The notes under the pieces were generated by a model that was not told the DNA's origin, did no database searches, and was given only the letters and a program-made list of their open reading frames with translations. From contig CM052820.1 of NCBI GenBank assembly GCA_028534125.1, positions 2,728,001-2,792,000 on the forward strand: DNA of 64,000 nt. Direction: 5' to 3'. Made by a program: the position numbers and the translations under genes. The DNA is from Lama glama. Lineage: Eukaryota. Below are positions 28,701-40,700 of the stretch, in pieces (the first letter of the stretch is position 1; each line of letters begins with the position of its first letter).

Positions 28701-31700
28701 CTGGAACCACCTTCATCTCAGGTCTTGCAGATCCTTTGCAAGCACGAGGAGGGGGGACTTTTCTGTAAAGAAATAAATGTCCTTGGTTGAAAACGGAATT
28801 GGCTCTGATAAGACCTGAATTCAAACTGAAACACTTTTGAATGAGACATCCCAGCAACAGAAATTCTTACTTTGAGAATTCATGTTAAAAAGTTACTTGA
28901 AAGCACTCTGACTGCTCCCTAACAGCACTGCTGTCGCACACGTGCTGTCCAGGAAAAAGAAATCTACAGCACATGGAGCAGTTCTCTAAAACGAATTATT
29001 ACACTTAAAACCTGTATAAATGGACCAGGCTTGTCCGACTGTTGTAGCATCAAAGCTTGAAAACACTTTTCTTGTGTTTGTACTTTCTCTACTGCTAACT
29101 GAAGTTTAAAAACCCAATTGCTATTACTCTTAGTCTCAGAAGCAGAGGGGGAAAAAATTAGACTTTAATAATCTACTCAAATCATTGAATGAGATCGCTT
29201 CCTGATTCCATTTCCATAAATTAGGGCAACGGCTGTTCGGCTGTTTAAAAGTGTAAATTAACTACGGAGCGTGTTTTATTAGAGAGATTAATGTATATCA
29301 CATAGAAGGTCTTCTGAGTCTTTTGAAATAGCGAACAGTGCCCGGTTCTGGAAGCCCCCAGGAGAGAGTGATGAGGGGCATGTCTGAGAGCGCAAGGGAG
29401 CCGGTTTTGGGAAGGAAGGGAGGAGGCCCGGTGGGGGAGGGAGAGGGGGCGGCGGAGGGGAGGAAGGGCTGCGCGCAGAAGACTCAGGGGGTTGCGAGGC
29501 TGAGCCCCGCACTCTTGCTTGGAAGTACAGTCAGACCCGTAGATGTGCAGGTCCAGGTGGGCTTCGCGAGTCCTGGCTTGATGAGTCTTTGGGTCTGTAT
29601 CCAAACAGCATCTTTTCCAGTCGCCGTTAGCGGTTCTCTACCTTGCAGTCCACCGCGCTCAGCCCCCCGCAGGCAGGGTGTTGTTTGCCCTGGAGGACGG
29701 ATAGGAGTAGGAGCCCTTCCTTGGTCTGTACATCGGTCTGGGAACACTTCAGGGACTCGGAGACCCACTGCTCAGGCCTTGAGACAAAGGAGGCCGTGGC
29801 TGCCAGACACGGGACGTGCAGTAACGCTGTCTTTCCACTCTTAGGGAGACGACGGGCAAGACGGAGTTGGCAGTGAAGGACGCAGAGGCAAAAAGGTATG
29901 TGTCTGCTGAGGATTCCTGAACTTCTGACGTGTTGTATTTTTAAGGAATTCTCTCTCAAAATTTAATTGTAGACTAGTGAGGTTTTTCTCTTGGTGACTC
30001 TACGGATGTGCTTTTTTTCTGCTCAAGAATAATTTATGTTTAGATGGATTTAAGTTGGAACCAACTATTGACTCATTTATTTATCTTTTGTAGGGAGAAA
30101 GGGGATTCCCTGGATACCCAGGTCCAAAGGTAAATACTCCCCTGATGGTAAAGCATCATCGTTGTTTTAGGACAAGTCTGATGTGACCATGGACTGAAAA
30201 GTCACAGGATCTTGGCTCTAGTCTTGGGTCAGATGCTTATGAACTGAGACACTCTGGGAAAGGCCCACCGTCTCCCAGACACTCCTTCGTCTGTCAGATG
30301 GCGATGACAGTATGCACTTGTCACGAGCTTGTGTGGATGAAATGAAATGACACTGCAGGAAAATACTTTGTAAACCTTAACATGCTTCACGATGTCATCA
30401 TTACTGACTCCGGAAGCTGAGACTGACTCTGCAAGTGCACGGTGGCATTTGTGACTCAGCGGGAAGGGTGGTCCACAGGCCCCAGGGACCCTCAGCTGGA
30501 CCCGCCACTCCAGAGCTTAATGCGCTGCTTCCTGGCTCTCTTCCCAGGGTAACCCCGGTGAGCCGGGGACAGACGGCCCCACAGGACCCAAAGGCATCCG
30601 AGGCCGAAGGGTAAGTTTCCCCACAGCTCGGCTGCAGGTGGAGAGCCAGAACCTTTGTGGCCGCGGGGCTGAACACTGAAAACTCCATCCCTTCTCGGCT
30701 CGCAGCCTGGCTGCAGGCTGAATGGGGTGGGAGCAGAGAGAGCCTAGGCCCTAGACGGGTGTCCTCAGGACCCCTGCAGGGCTGTCTGTGCGGGCCTCCT
30801 TTGGGCATGTTCCTCCTACAGCGAGGCCTGGAGGGCCCCGTCCTCTAACCCGTCCCGAGGGTCCCAGTCCCCAGCGCCCTCCCAGCCCGGTGCCAGGGGG
30901 ACTCAGGTCTCAGAATGAGTGACGTCGGAGGTCTGTGCAGACGCGTTCGGTCACGCCCACCAGACGGTGAGGAGACGGACTTGGTGAGGTGTGCGAGGTG
31001 CTCAGCAGGGTTCCGGCTCGGAGGCGGGCCGGGCTGAAGCAGGGCGCCCCTCGCCCCTCCCAGCAGGAACAGACCCCCCTCTTAAGCTGCTCTTGGTTTT
31101 GGATTATTCCCCTTAGTGGATGTTTGCTCATCCTCTTGAGATCGCACAGAGTCTTGAATCAGCAACTTGTGGCCTAGAAACGAGTAAAGGCTTCTAACAG
31201 TCATTTTTAGCTTAAGATATAGTTAAGGTCATCGTAGTTATCCTGTCAGTTTGCTCAGTGAGGACATTCAGACTTGACCCTCTACTACTCAAGGTAGAGC
31301 TTTAAAACACTGGCTTGGCCGTCCACGTCCCAGGGTGAGCTAGTTAATTGTCAGTTACTGATTCTTATGCATCCAGAGGAGACTGATTAAAGGTTCTCAG
31401 GGGAGGATCTTACCTTGAACATAGGTGTGGGAGGCACGCGTCCGTTTTGTTGGGGCCACTTGTCCGTATTCCTGAATTGCAGAGACGCTTAAGCTCAAAG
31501 TACGAGACTTCTCCCGGAGACGGGGGAGGAAGCCGCCTTCGCCACGCTTCCTCCTGCAGGAGCTGAGAAGTTTCCGTCTTCCCACAGCTCAGCCGTATTT
31601 GTTGTGCCTTCTAGGGAAACTCAGGACCTCCGGGCATCGCCGGACAGAAGGGAGACCCTGGGTACCCAGGACCAGCTGTAAGTACCTACCTGCTTCCCGT

Positions 31701-34700
31701 CAAGCTGCCCGAGGGCTGGAGCCTTTCACGTAGTCCCTGAAAACTTCCACCTCCTTCCTTCACAGTGGAGGTGTCTGCATTTGTCATCATTGTTGTTTGT
31801 TTTGTTTTTGTATTTTTTAAAAACACTTCCCTTCTGATACCTCAGTAGAGAAAAGAGCTTTGGAGATTTAGAGCAACGAGAAACTGTTAAAGCAGGTTTC
31901 ACGTGGAACTCTGTGTCACCTAGGGTGTATCGAAATTTGCCTTTACAAATTCCTGGTGTAGGTTTGTTTGAGGTTTGTGTAGAGGACGAATGAAAGAGAA
32001 CAAATTTTAATACCTCCCAATTGCATCTTGTGGGAGGGGTACAGTGCGGCAGACGGCGGTTTGGGGGTTGCTCTCTTTGGTCTGCAAAACCCCCAAGGGA
32101 GCTGCCGATTCATGGCTTAAACCTGACTTCTGCCCCTGCTGCCTGGGTGCTTCTGCAGTCCTTCCACACCTCTTCATTACGAAGGTCTTTGCTTTCTGGC
32201 TTGGCTTTTTTTCCCTGTATTATCTCCTTACGTTGAAGTTGATGAGGTTCAGGAAAGAATGGAAAAGCTAACCCAGGAAATGGAGAATCACCCTTAGGAG
32301 GAGCGGTTAAAGGCTTAGACTGTCAGGCCCAGGGGGAGAAGGCAGAGCCAGGTGTTTAAGCGAGGGAAGGCTTTAGCGGAGATGGTTAGCCGGCTGCAGC
32401 GGGAGCCGGGCAGGGCAGCCCGATGGAAAGATGCTCGCCTGCCCAGGAGGCGCCTGCATGACCCTCAGGCGCCACACACTGGGATGAGATGCCAAGGGCA
32501 GCCACGGGTGTATCCACAGAGTGGAAATCAGCCAGGACGCTTTAGACCTGGAGCCCACAGGGTAGCTAAGTGGCTCCTGGGTGTCCCTCCTGCCACAGGA
32601 GGCGGGAGGCCAGCAGGCGAAAGGAAGCTCTTCTCACAGGAGAAGCAGGGTTTAGACTCAAGCTCAAATGTGTGATTTATGTTGATCAGTGACGAGCTTC
32701 CCAGTTTCCAGGGCGTGGGGCTACTCTCCTTACGGGGGAAACACTGCTGTCCTCAGAGCCTTCTGTCTCTTGCTCTTTGAGCAGCCAAGTCAGACGTACA
32801 GGGAGAGCCTGTGAACCAGCAAGGCCGGGGCGGGGGGCCCGTCTTGTTCCTCTGTCATGTGTCTGTGGGGTCCAGGCGCCCTGCGCGTCTGCGGGCTCTC
32901 AGCCTCCCGTTCCTGTTTTGCAGGGATACAAAGGCCCCAGAGGCGACTCGATGGACGTAAGTTGCATGTGTGCTGCATGAGCCCTTGCCCTGGGAGCCGT
33001 CTGCCCACTCTCCTCACATCTTCTTTCCTTTCCTTTTTAAGCAATGTGCCCTGGTGCAGAACATCAAGGATAAATGCCGTAAGTACACGATTTCCTGTCT
33101 GCGACGCCTCTTTGTTCTCACACCTGGAATTCCCGCTGGGTAGACCCGGCTTTCACGCTCCTCTTTGTTTGTCTTCTAGCTTGCTGCTACGGTAAGTCGG
33201 TTCAGTCGTTCGGCTTTCTCCTGCGGAAGGAACGAGATCCTTTTCCAGTAAGTAGTTTGTCTATGAAACTCCCCACTTCCCACAGGGCCCCTGGAGTGCC
33301 CTGTCTTCCCGACCGAGCTGGCCTTTGCCTTGGACACATCGGAGGGGGTCACCCAGGACACGTTCAGCCGGATGAGGGATGTGGTCTTAAAGATCGTGGG
33401 CGACCTGACCATCGCCGAGAGCAACTGCCCACGGGGGGCCCGTGTGGCCGTGGTCACCTACAACAATGAGGTGACCACGGAGATCCGCTTTGCCGACTCC
33501 AAGAAGAAGTCTGTCCTCCTGGACAAGATTAAGAACCTGCAGGTGGCCCTGACGTCCAAGCAGCAGAGCCTGGAAACAGCCATGTCCTTCGTGGCCAGAA
33601 ACACGTTTAAGCGAGTGCGGAATGGATTCCTTATGAGGAAGGTGGCCGTTTTCTTCAGCAACAAACCCACGAGGGCATCCCCGCAGCTCCGGGAGGCCAT
33701 GCTCAAGCTCTCAGATGCTGGGATCACGCCCCTGTTCCTCACGAACCAGGAGGACCGCCCGCTGCTGAACGCCCTGCAGGTCTGTGCTCCGGGCGTCTGC
33801 ACCACTCTTGCTGCATCTTGGGCTCTGAGAGGATGTTCAGCCACACCTGTGTCCCAATTCCACCCCCACCCCACCCACGGAGCCTCTCAAAGCTTCCAGG
33901 TGGCTCTGAACTGACTGAGAATCTCACTTGTGAGATTTCCAGAGCAGCCTGATGGCTCCGGCCCTGGATGGGCATCCAGATGCCCGTGACTCACCCCCAC
34001 CAGGTCCCTCCTCGCATCGTGGTGGAGACTCTCCCAGGTTGACCCTGGAGACCCACCGTCTCCTAGGGAGGTCCTCCAAACATCAGCGAGCCCAGCACCC
34101 GAACTGTGGCCCTGTCAAGCATTTCTCAGCCAGGCTGAGAAGTCCAACAATTAGACAGGACTTTGAAGCAAATGGCAAGGAAGTGCTTAGCTTCAGTGGG
34201 TGAAGCAGTGAAGTGCATTTTTGTCATTTGCTTCAATGACTTATTTAATGGTCACGGTAATATGTGTAATAATTGGTTAATGAATCTATTAATGTTCACT
34301 GAGCTGTCCACACGGGTGGATGCTGGGCGGGAGGGAGAGCAGCAGGCTGAGGACCAGCCGTGAGGGGGTCTGGGCTCCAGTCCCAGTCCAGCCACCTTCT
34401 AGCGTTAAGCTGCTGAAATTAGCATGGCCACGTCACTTCCCCTTCTGTGTCGCAGACTTCTCCCCTGTTACAGACGAAAGAGGCGGTGGAGGGGGCGGGG
34501 GCGAGATGGTCCCTAATGTCCTGCCTCCCAAACAGGATGTTCTATGGCTTTACCGCTGCCCTGGCAGCAAGAGACAGTCGGATCACTGCCGCCATCTCTC
34601 AGGGTTTATTCTGCCAACTGCAGGCCAGTTTGAGCGCTGGGCTTGGCTCTCCGGCTTGGGCTACCAGCCGAATGCTTCTGTAAGGAGCTCACGGACGTAC

Positions 34701-37700
34701 GCCTCCCCTTGTGAGCGCTCGGTGACCCAGGAGCATGCGTCTTTCTTGACAGAATAGTTTCAGCAAGTTCAAAAAGTTAATCATTCATTCATTCATGCAA
34801 TTTAATCATTCACTGAAGGAATAATCAGTGATGGTGTCCCGGGCTCTGTGGTGGGCAGGACCTTTTGAATCTTCTGGAAGTGATTTCCTGACTTGCTCGG
34901 TGGTTACACCCCTTTTTAGACCTGGGAAGGTGGGAGAGGGGTGGGGCCAACATTTGCTAGTTGCTATTATTATTGCTATAAATAACGACAACATTTAGGT
35001 CTCCGCTGTTTGCTAGAGGCCATACCACATGCGTTACCTACGTTATCTGATTTCATCCTCCGAGTAACTTCATTGGGAATTTACCGTTATCTCCATCTTG
35101 CGGCTGAGGAAACTGAACCCCAGAGAAGTTAAATAGTTTTGCTTCAGGTCTGGCAGAAGGCGCAGGAGTGGGGTTTCAACTCCAGCTCACTCGTTGGAAG
35201 AAGGCATACGTTTTCCTATTATAATCAGTGCCTTCCCTCCTAATGCCTCTTCTAAGAAAATGAGAAGATACTGATCTTTTGATGCGACTCTAATGCATTC
35301 GTTAGCTGTACTTTCACATGGTTACTTACCATGTGTACTCCCGCTGAGCATTTCCTCTTGTTTAAACCAGATCAACAACACGGCAGTGGGGCACGCGCTT
35401 GTCCTGCCCGCGACGGGAGACCTCACGGACTTCCTGAAGAACGTCCTGACTTGTCACGTCTGCTTGGGTGAGGTGCTTCTCCAGGAGGCAGATCTGTCCA
35501 GCTGCGACTGTGCAGCATACCGTCCACAGAGAGACGTTTGAGGGGACAAGCGTCATGTGTACGATGAGCCTGAGTTAAATGAGGATTCACAGAGCCTTGT
35601 ATTTACCCCTGTAAATACTGCATAAGCAGTTTCCACACTTAAAGTGGGCTCCCCAGAACAGCTTCTCTTTGATAGGGGAGTGACTAGATTTCTAGGTAAT
35701 AAGGGAGAAAGTGGGCTCTGCTTGTGTTTTGACCTTGGAGCCCAGAATTTATTTGGCTATGACTTTCTGGAACACATTCCTTCAAGGAGTGGCAATGAAG
35801 TAAAAAAAATTCTTTCCTTTTCTCCTCTTCTCTTCCTCCCTCCCCTCCCACCATCCCACCTCCCCTTCTTCTCTCTTCTCCTCCCTCCCTCTCTGCCGAT
35901 GGTGTAGGATACTAACACAGATTTTAGCTTACTGACCTGTTTCCTCTAGTAAGTGCTGGGTGATGAAAACTGAGACGTGGCCCCAGCGATGTCAGCAAGG
36001 TGTAAATCGCTTTCTATACGATGTGACCGTTCTCATTGCCCCCGACTCCTGTGATCTGATGTGCAGTGTCTCGCTGCGGGAGTCACAGAGTAAATGGGCC
36101 ACCATGCTTCTTTCCAGACATCTGCAACATCGACCCCTCCTGTGGATTTGGCAGCTGGAAGCCTGCCTTCAGGGACCGGAGAGCAGCGGGCAGCGATGTG
36201 GACATCGACATGGCTTTCATCTTAGATAGCTCTGAGTCCACCACGCCGTTCCAGTTCAACGAGATGAAGAAGTACATAGGGTACCTGGTCAGACAGCTGG
36301 ACGTGAGCCCAGACCCCAAGGCCTCCCAGCACTTCGCCAGGGTGGCGGTCGTGCAGCACGCGCCCTACGAGTCCGCAGGCAACGCCAGCGTGCCGCCCGT
36401 GAAGGTGGAGTTCTCCCTGACGGACTACAGCTCCAAGGAGAAGCTGGTGGCCTTTCTCAGCAGCAGGATGACCCAGCTGCAGGGGACCAGGGCCCTGGGC
36501 AGCGCCATCGACTACACTGTCGAGAACGTCTTTGAAAGCGCACCCAACCCACGGGACCTGAAGATCGTGGTCCTGATGCTGACGGGCGAGGTGCCGAAGC
36601 AGCAGCTGGAGGCGGCCCAGAGAGCCATCTTGCAGGCCAAGTGCAAGGGGTACTTCTTCGTGATCCTGGGCATCGGGAGGAAGGTGAACAGCAAGGAGGT
36701 GTATGGTTTCGCCAGCGAGCCGAACGACGTCTTCTTCAAACTCGTGGGCAAGTCGACCGAGCTCAACGAGGAGCCGCTGCTGCGCTTCGGGAGGCTGCTG
36801 CCCTCCTTCGTCAGCAGTGAGTCCTGGAGCACTCGGCTCCCGGGGCAGGGCCGCGGGCGGGGGGGCCACGGGCGTGGGGGCCGCAGCTGCTGTGCTGACC
36901 TTGGCCTGTTCATTCCCACCGCGTCCCAGACACACTGTGAGGAGCCGGGGTTGGCAGTAGACACAGATGGGGGTCCTGTCCTTGTTCACTCGTTTATTCA
37001 GCCAAACTTGGCCAGGGACCTCCCAGCCATGCTGTGTGCCTGGGAGCTTCCAGTCTAGGTGGGCAAAGGGGTCAAGTGCACATTTATCATGCACGACGTA
37101 ACGTGCTGGTGCGTCATACTGAAGTGTGCCCTGATGGGGCATCAGGGAGGCTTCCAGAAGGCACCGTTGGTCTGGGCTTGGCCGCCAACCCCAGGCTTGA
37201 AACCTCTGGACCTTTACCCACATGGCTCTGCCTCCTGGAAATGTTCTCCACCCCCTTGCTTTAGCAGCAAATCCACCTTCATCTTCAAAGATTACCCCCA
37301 GTTGCCCTGTTCACTGTGGATGGTCCCCACACCCAGGGCCTGCTCTTCTTTAACCTGGTACTGGCCTCACCACAGCTGTTCCATGGCCTGTTGGTCAGCC
37401 CTTTGTGGGTCTGTGGTCCCAGGACACCACACGTCCCGGAGAAGGTGTACCATTCGCCACCACTTTCTCCAGAGTCAGCACAGGAAAGTATTGGACAAAT
37501 GAGGGAGATTTATAAAGGATGAACTGCCCCCTCCCTCCAAAGTTTTAAGGAAAATAATATAAAGCAGAGGTGGGCCAGCATGTTCATGCAGGGCCACAAT
37601 GACTGTCCACAGAAGGTTAAAAACAAAAACGTTGTTAAACAGCACTGAGAAAGTGCTAAAAGTAATTGGATTATAATTTGGTGTTCAGGAGTTTGGAACC

Positions 37701-40700
37701 TGTTAAACTCTGCACTTGATTTTTCTTCTCTTCCTGTCTCCCTGTCACACTGAGTAAGTACCTTTAACCTAATAACCCAAATATTGCCAAATGGAAGTTA
37801 TTGGCTGAAGATGTCTTATGGATCAAGTACCATTGTACTTAATGTCTTAAATCACTGGGCTTAAGTTGTCTGGAAGGATTAATTAATTCAACAAATTTTT
37901 ATAGGCTGCCTGCTATGCGATGCATTTAACTCACTAGCAGATTAATTTTAATTTGTATGTGATTTATATGCCCTTAAAATACTTTTCTCTCTGTTTTTCT
38001 CTAGGTAAAAACGCTTTTTATCTGTCCCCAGATATCAGGAAACAGTGTGATTGGTTCCAAGGGGACCAACAGGCAAAGAATCTTGTGAAGTTTGGTCACA
38101 AACAAGTGTAAGTGATCATAATAATTGTCTCAGAAATTCTAGTGCTAGAGGGACAGCAGGGGTCCTCCAACCAACCAGTGCCTAATGTTATGGGGTGAGG
38201 ATGTTGGAATCCAGACAGCATGACTTCCCAAAGATCAGATGGGCCACTCTTTTCAAAGAATCTGTTGCATCTGTTAGCTTTTGCTGTGTAACAAGCTACC
38301 TGAAACATAGTGGATCAACACAACAACTATTAATTTAATTTGCAATTCTGTGGGGTAGCTGTTTCTACTTGGGTTCAGCTGGGCAGTTCTTGTGGGCTCT
38401 GCTGAGCTCACTGACATATTTGTGGTCAGCTACTGGTCAACTGTGGACTGTGGTCCAGGATGGCTTTACATGGATGGCTCATCTCTGCTCTCTGTGGGCT
38501 CTCACTCTCCGGAGGCGAGCCTGGGTTTGTGTGCAAGGAGACTGGGCAGGGGTCCATGAGAGAAGGTGGATGTGTGCAAGGCCTCGTGCAGTCTAGGCTA
38601 GAGTTGGCGCACACTTACTTCTGCCGTGTTCTATTGGCCAAAGCATGTCTGAAGCCAGCCTAGCTGGATTCAAGAGTGGGGAGCTGGACTTGTTGGGAGT
38701 GCCAGCCACATCGTGTTTGTAAAGGGTGTGGGCACAGAGGGTGGGCCATTGGGGCCATATGCCTGAACAGTCTACTGAACTGGTGTGAAATGATTTCATA
38801 TAGAAGGACTGGGCACACTAAGCAGAAGTGGACTCTGAATCTTCCTAAAATGATGGATGCTGTGATAGCACAGGTGGTGGTGGTGACGAGGCAACGTGCG
38901 TGCTCTCCTAGGAAGACCGCTGAGAGCACCAGGGGACGGGGGGACGGGCTGCAGTGCCCACGGTGATGCTGGCCGCCTGGCACACGCTCAGTGGCCTTAT
39001 GTCCAGCGCCACCTTTGATGCCAACTCCAGGAGCAGAGAGGAGGGCAGTGTGGCCGTGTGCCAGAAGGCTGGACAAGGGGGACATGGTGGCAGAGACTGA
39101 GCTCAGGCAATGTGCCAGCAGTTTGTGCTGCTCAAGTGAAAGCCATAGAGTGTCACGCTTTGCGGGCGGCGGGGGTTCTGACGGCTGCATCCAGATGCAA
39201 AGCCGATTTGAGTGACCCTTGAACAGTGACGAGCTGGCTCTCTCCTGGCTGACGTCCAGGTGGGGAAAGGAGGCCCGCCTCTTCCTACCGCGCACGCTTC
39301 CGTCTCCCGCCTCTTGGGTCCCCAGAGGGAAGGCTTCATGTCTCAGCCCAGCAAGCTGGAAACCCTCCCCAGGTGGCCGTGCCCCTCGTCTGGTGCTGTG
39401 CGGCTAGCCTGCTTGATCCAGGCTCACTGGTTCCATCTTTCTTGCCTTTTATTATCTTTATAATTTCTCTTGAACATTCTCTAAAATTGGCTTAACTGTG
39501 GGAAAACAGAATGAACCAAACAACGTATAGTATTTGAAGTTTTATGATGTCAACTTGAAAATACACTGCACACGGTGTGTGTACAGCCTGACACACCTAT
39601 ACAACAATGACTGAAATGCTCACCTCAGGGCGAGGCGCGAACACAGGTGGGCCTGTGCCGCATGCCTGCTGGTTACGCCAGTGCTCTCCTCAGGGATTCG
39701 CAATAAATCAAGAGCTTGTGGGAAAAAGAACCCCCCACACACCAGTTACAGTACAAACACAGCAAGCCCTGGGAGGGAGCGTATGTCGACTTCATAATTT
39801 TCCAGCTCAACACAGAATTTTGTTGAGTGGATACTTTATTATAATGAAGGTAGCTCTTAACAGATTTTACTTCATTTTGGATGTGTGTGTTTCAGTTGGT
39901 CAATTTTTATAATCAGAGCATTATTCAAATATTATTTAACTTTTACTACTTATTAGTGTCAATAATAAATATTAACACATTATTTATTTTTGTTTCTTTA
40001 CTCTCTCCTTGCTTTTATTTTATGAACTGAAAGTAAGGTGTCAGGTATATTTATAGTACAATAGAGGCTTCATTTTTAATAAATTTATTTTTATATGCTG
40101 TTCAATACCTTTCTGTGGCACAGACCTTAAAAAGAAAGAATTTAACATGCGCAATATTATATGTGCTATGTGAAAGCTCCTGCATGCATCTTGGTGGGGC
40201 AGCAAATTTTGCAGAGCACACGGAGTTATGCCTTTGTCTATTTTAGGCAGGGGCAAAAACATGTACAAATTGAAATAATATTTAATATGTTTTAACAGAA
40301 GTGTTCCAAATAATGTTACCTCAAGTCCTACGTCCAAACCAGTGACCACAACGAAGCCAGTGACCACTGCAGAACCAGAGACCACCACCACAAAACCAGT
40401 AGCTGTTGTCAACCTGCCGGCCTCAAAGCCAGCCTCCGTGAGACCCGTGGCCGAAAGACCCATGGCTGGGAAATCTGAGGCTGCAAAGCCGGAGGCCATC
40501 AAACCCGTGGCCACCAAGCCCGAGGCCACCAAGCCCGCGACCACCAAGCTCGAGACCACTAAGCCGGTGGCCGCCAAGCCTGAGGCCAGTAAGCCCATGG
40601 CCACCAAGCCTGAAGCCACTAGGCCTGTGGCCCCCAAGCCCGAGGCCGCTAAGCTCGTGGCCGCCAAGCCCGAGGCTGCGAAGACGGCCACTGTCAGACC

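Noticed and set aside
36222-37223. 333-aa minus-strand ORF (also 5676-6323, 215 aa)
   Set aside because: Antisense shadow of GC3-rich VWA exons; no recognisable domain or independent gene structure.
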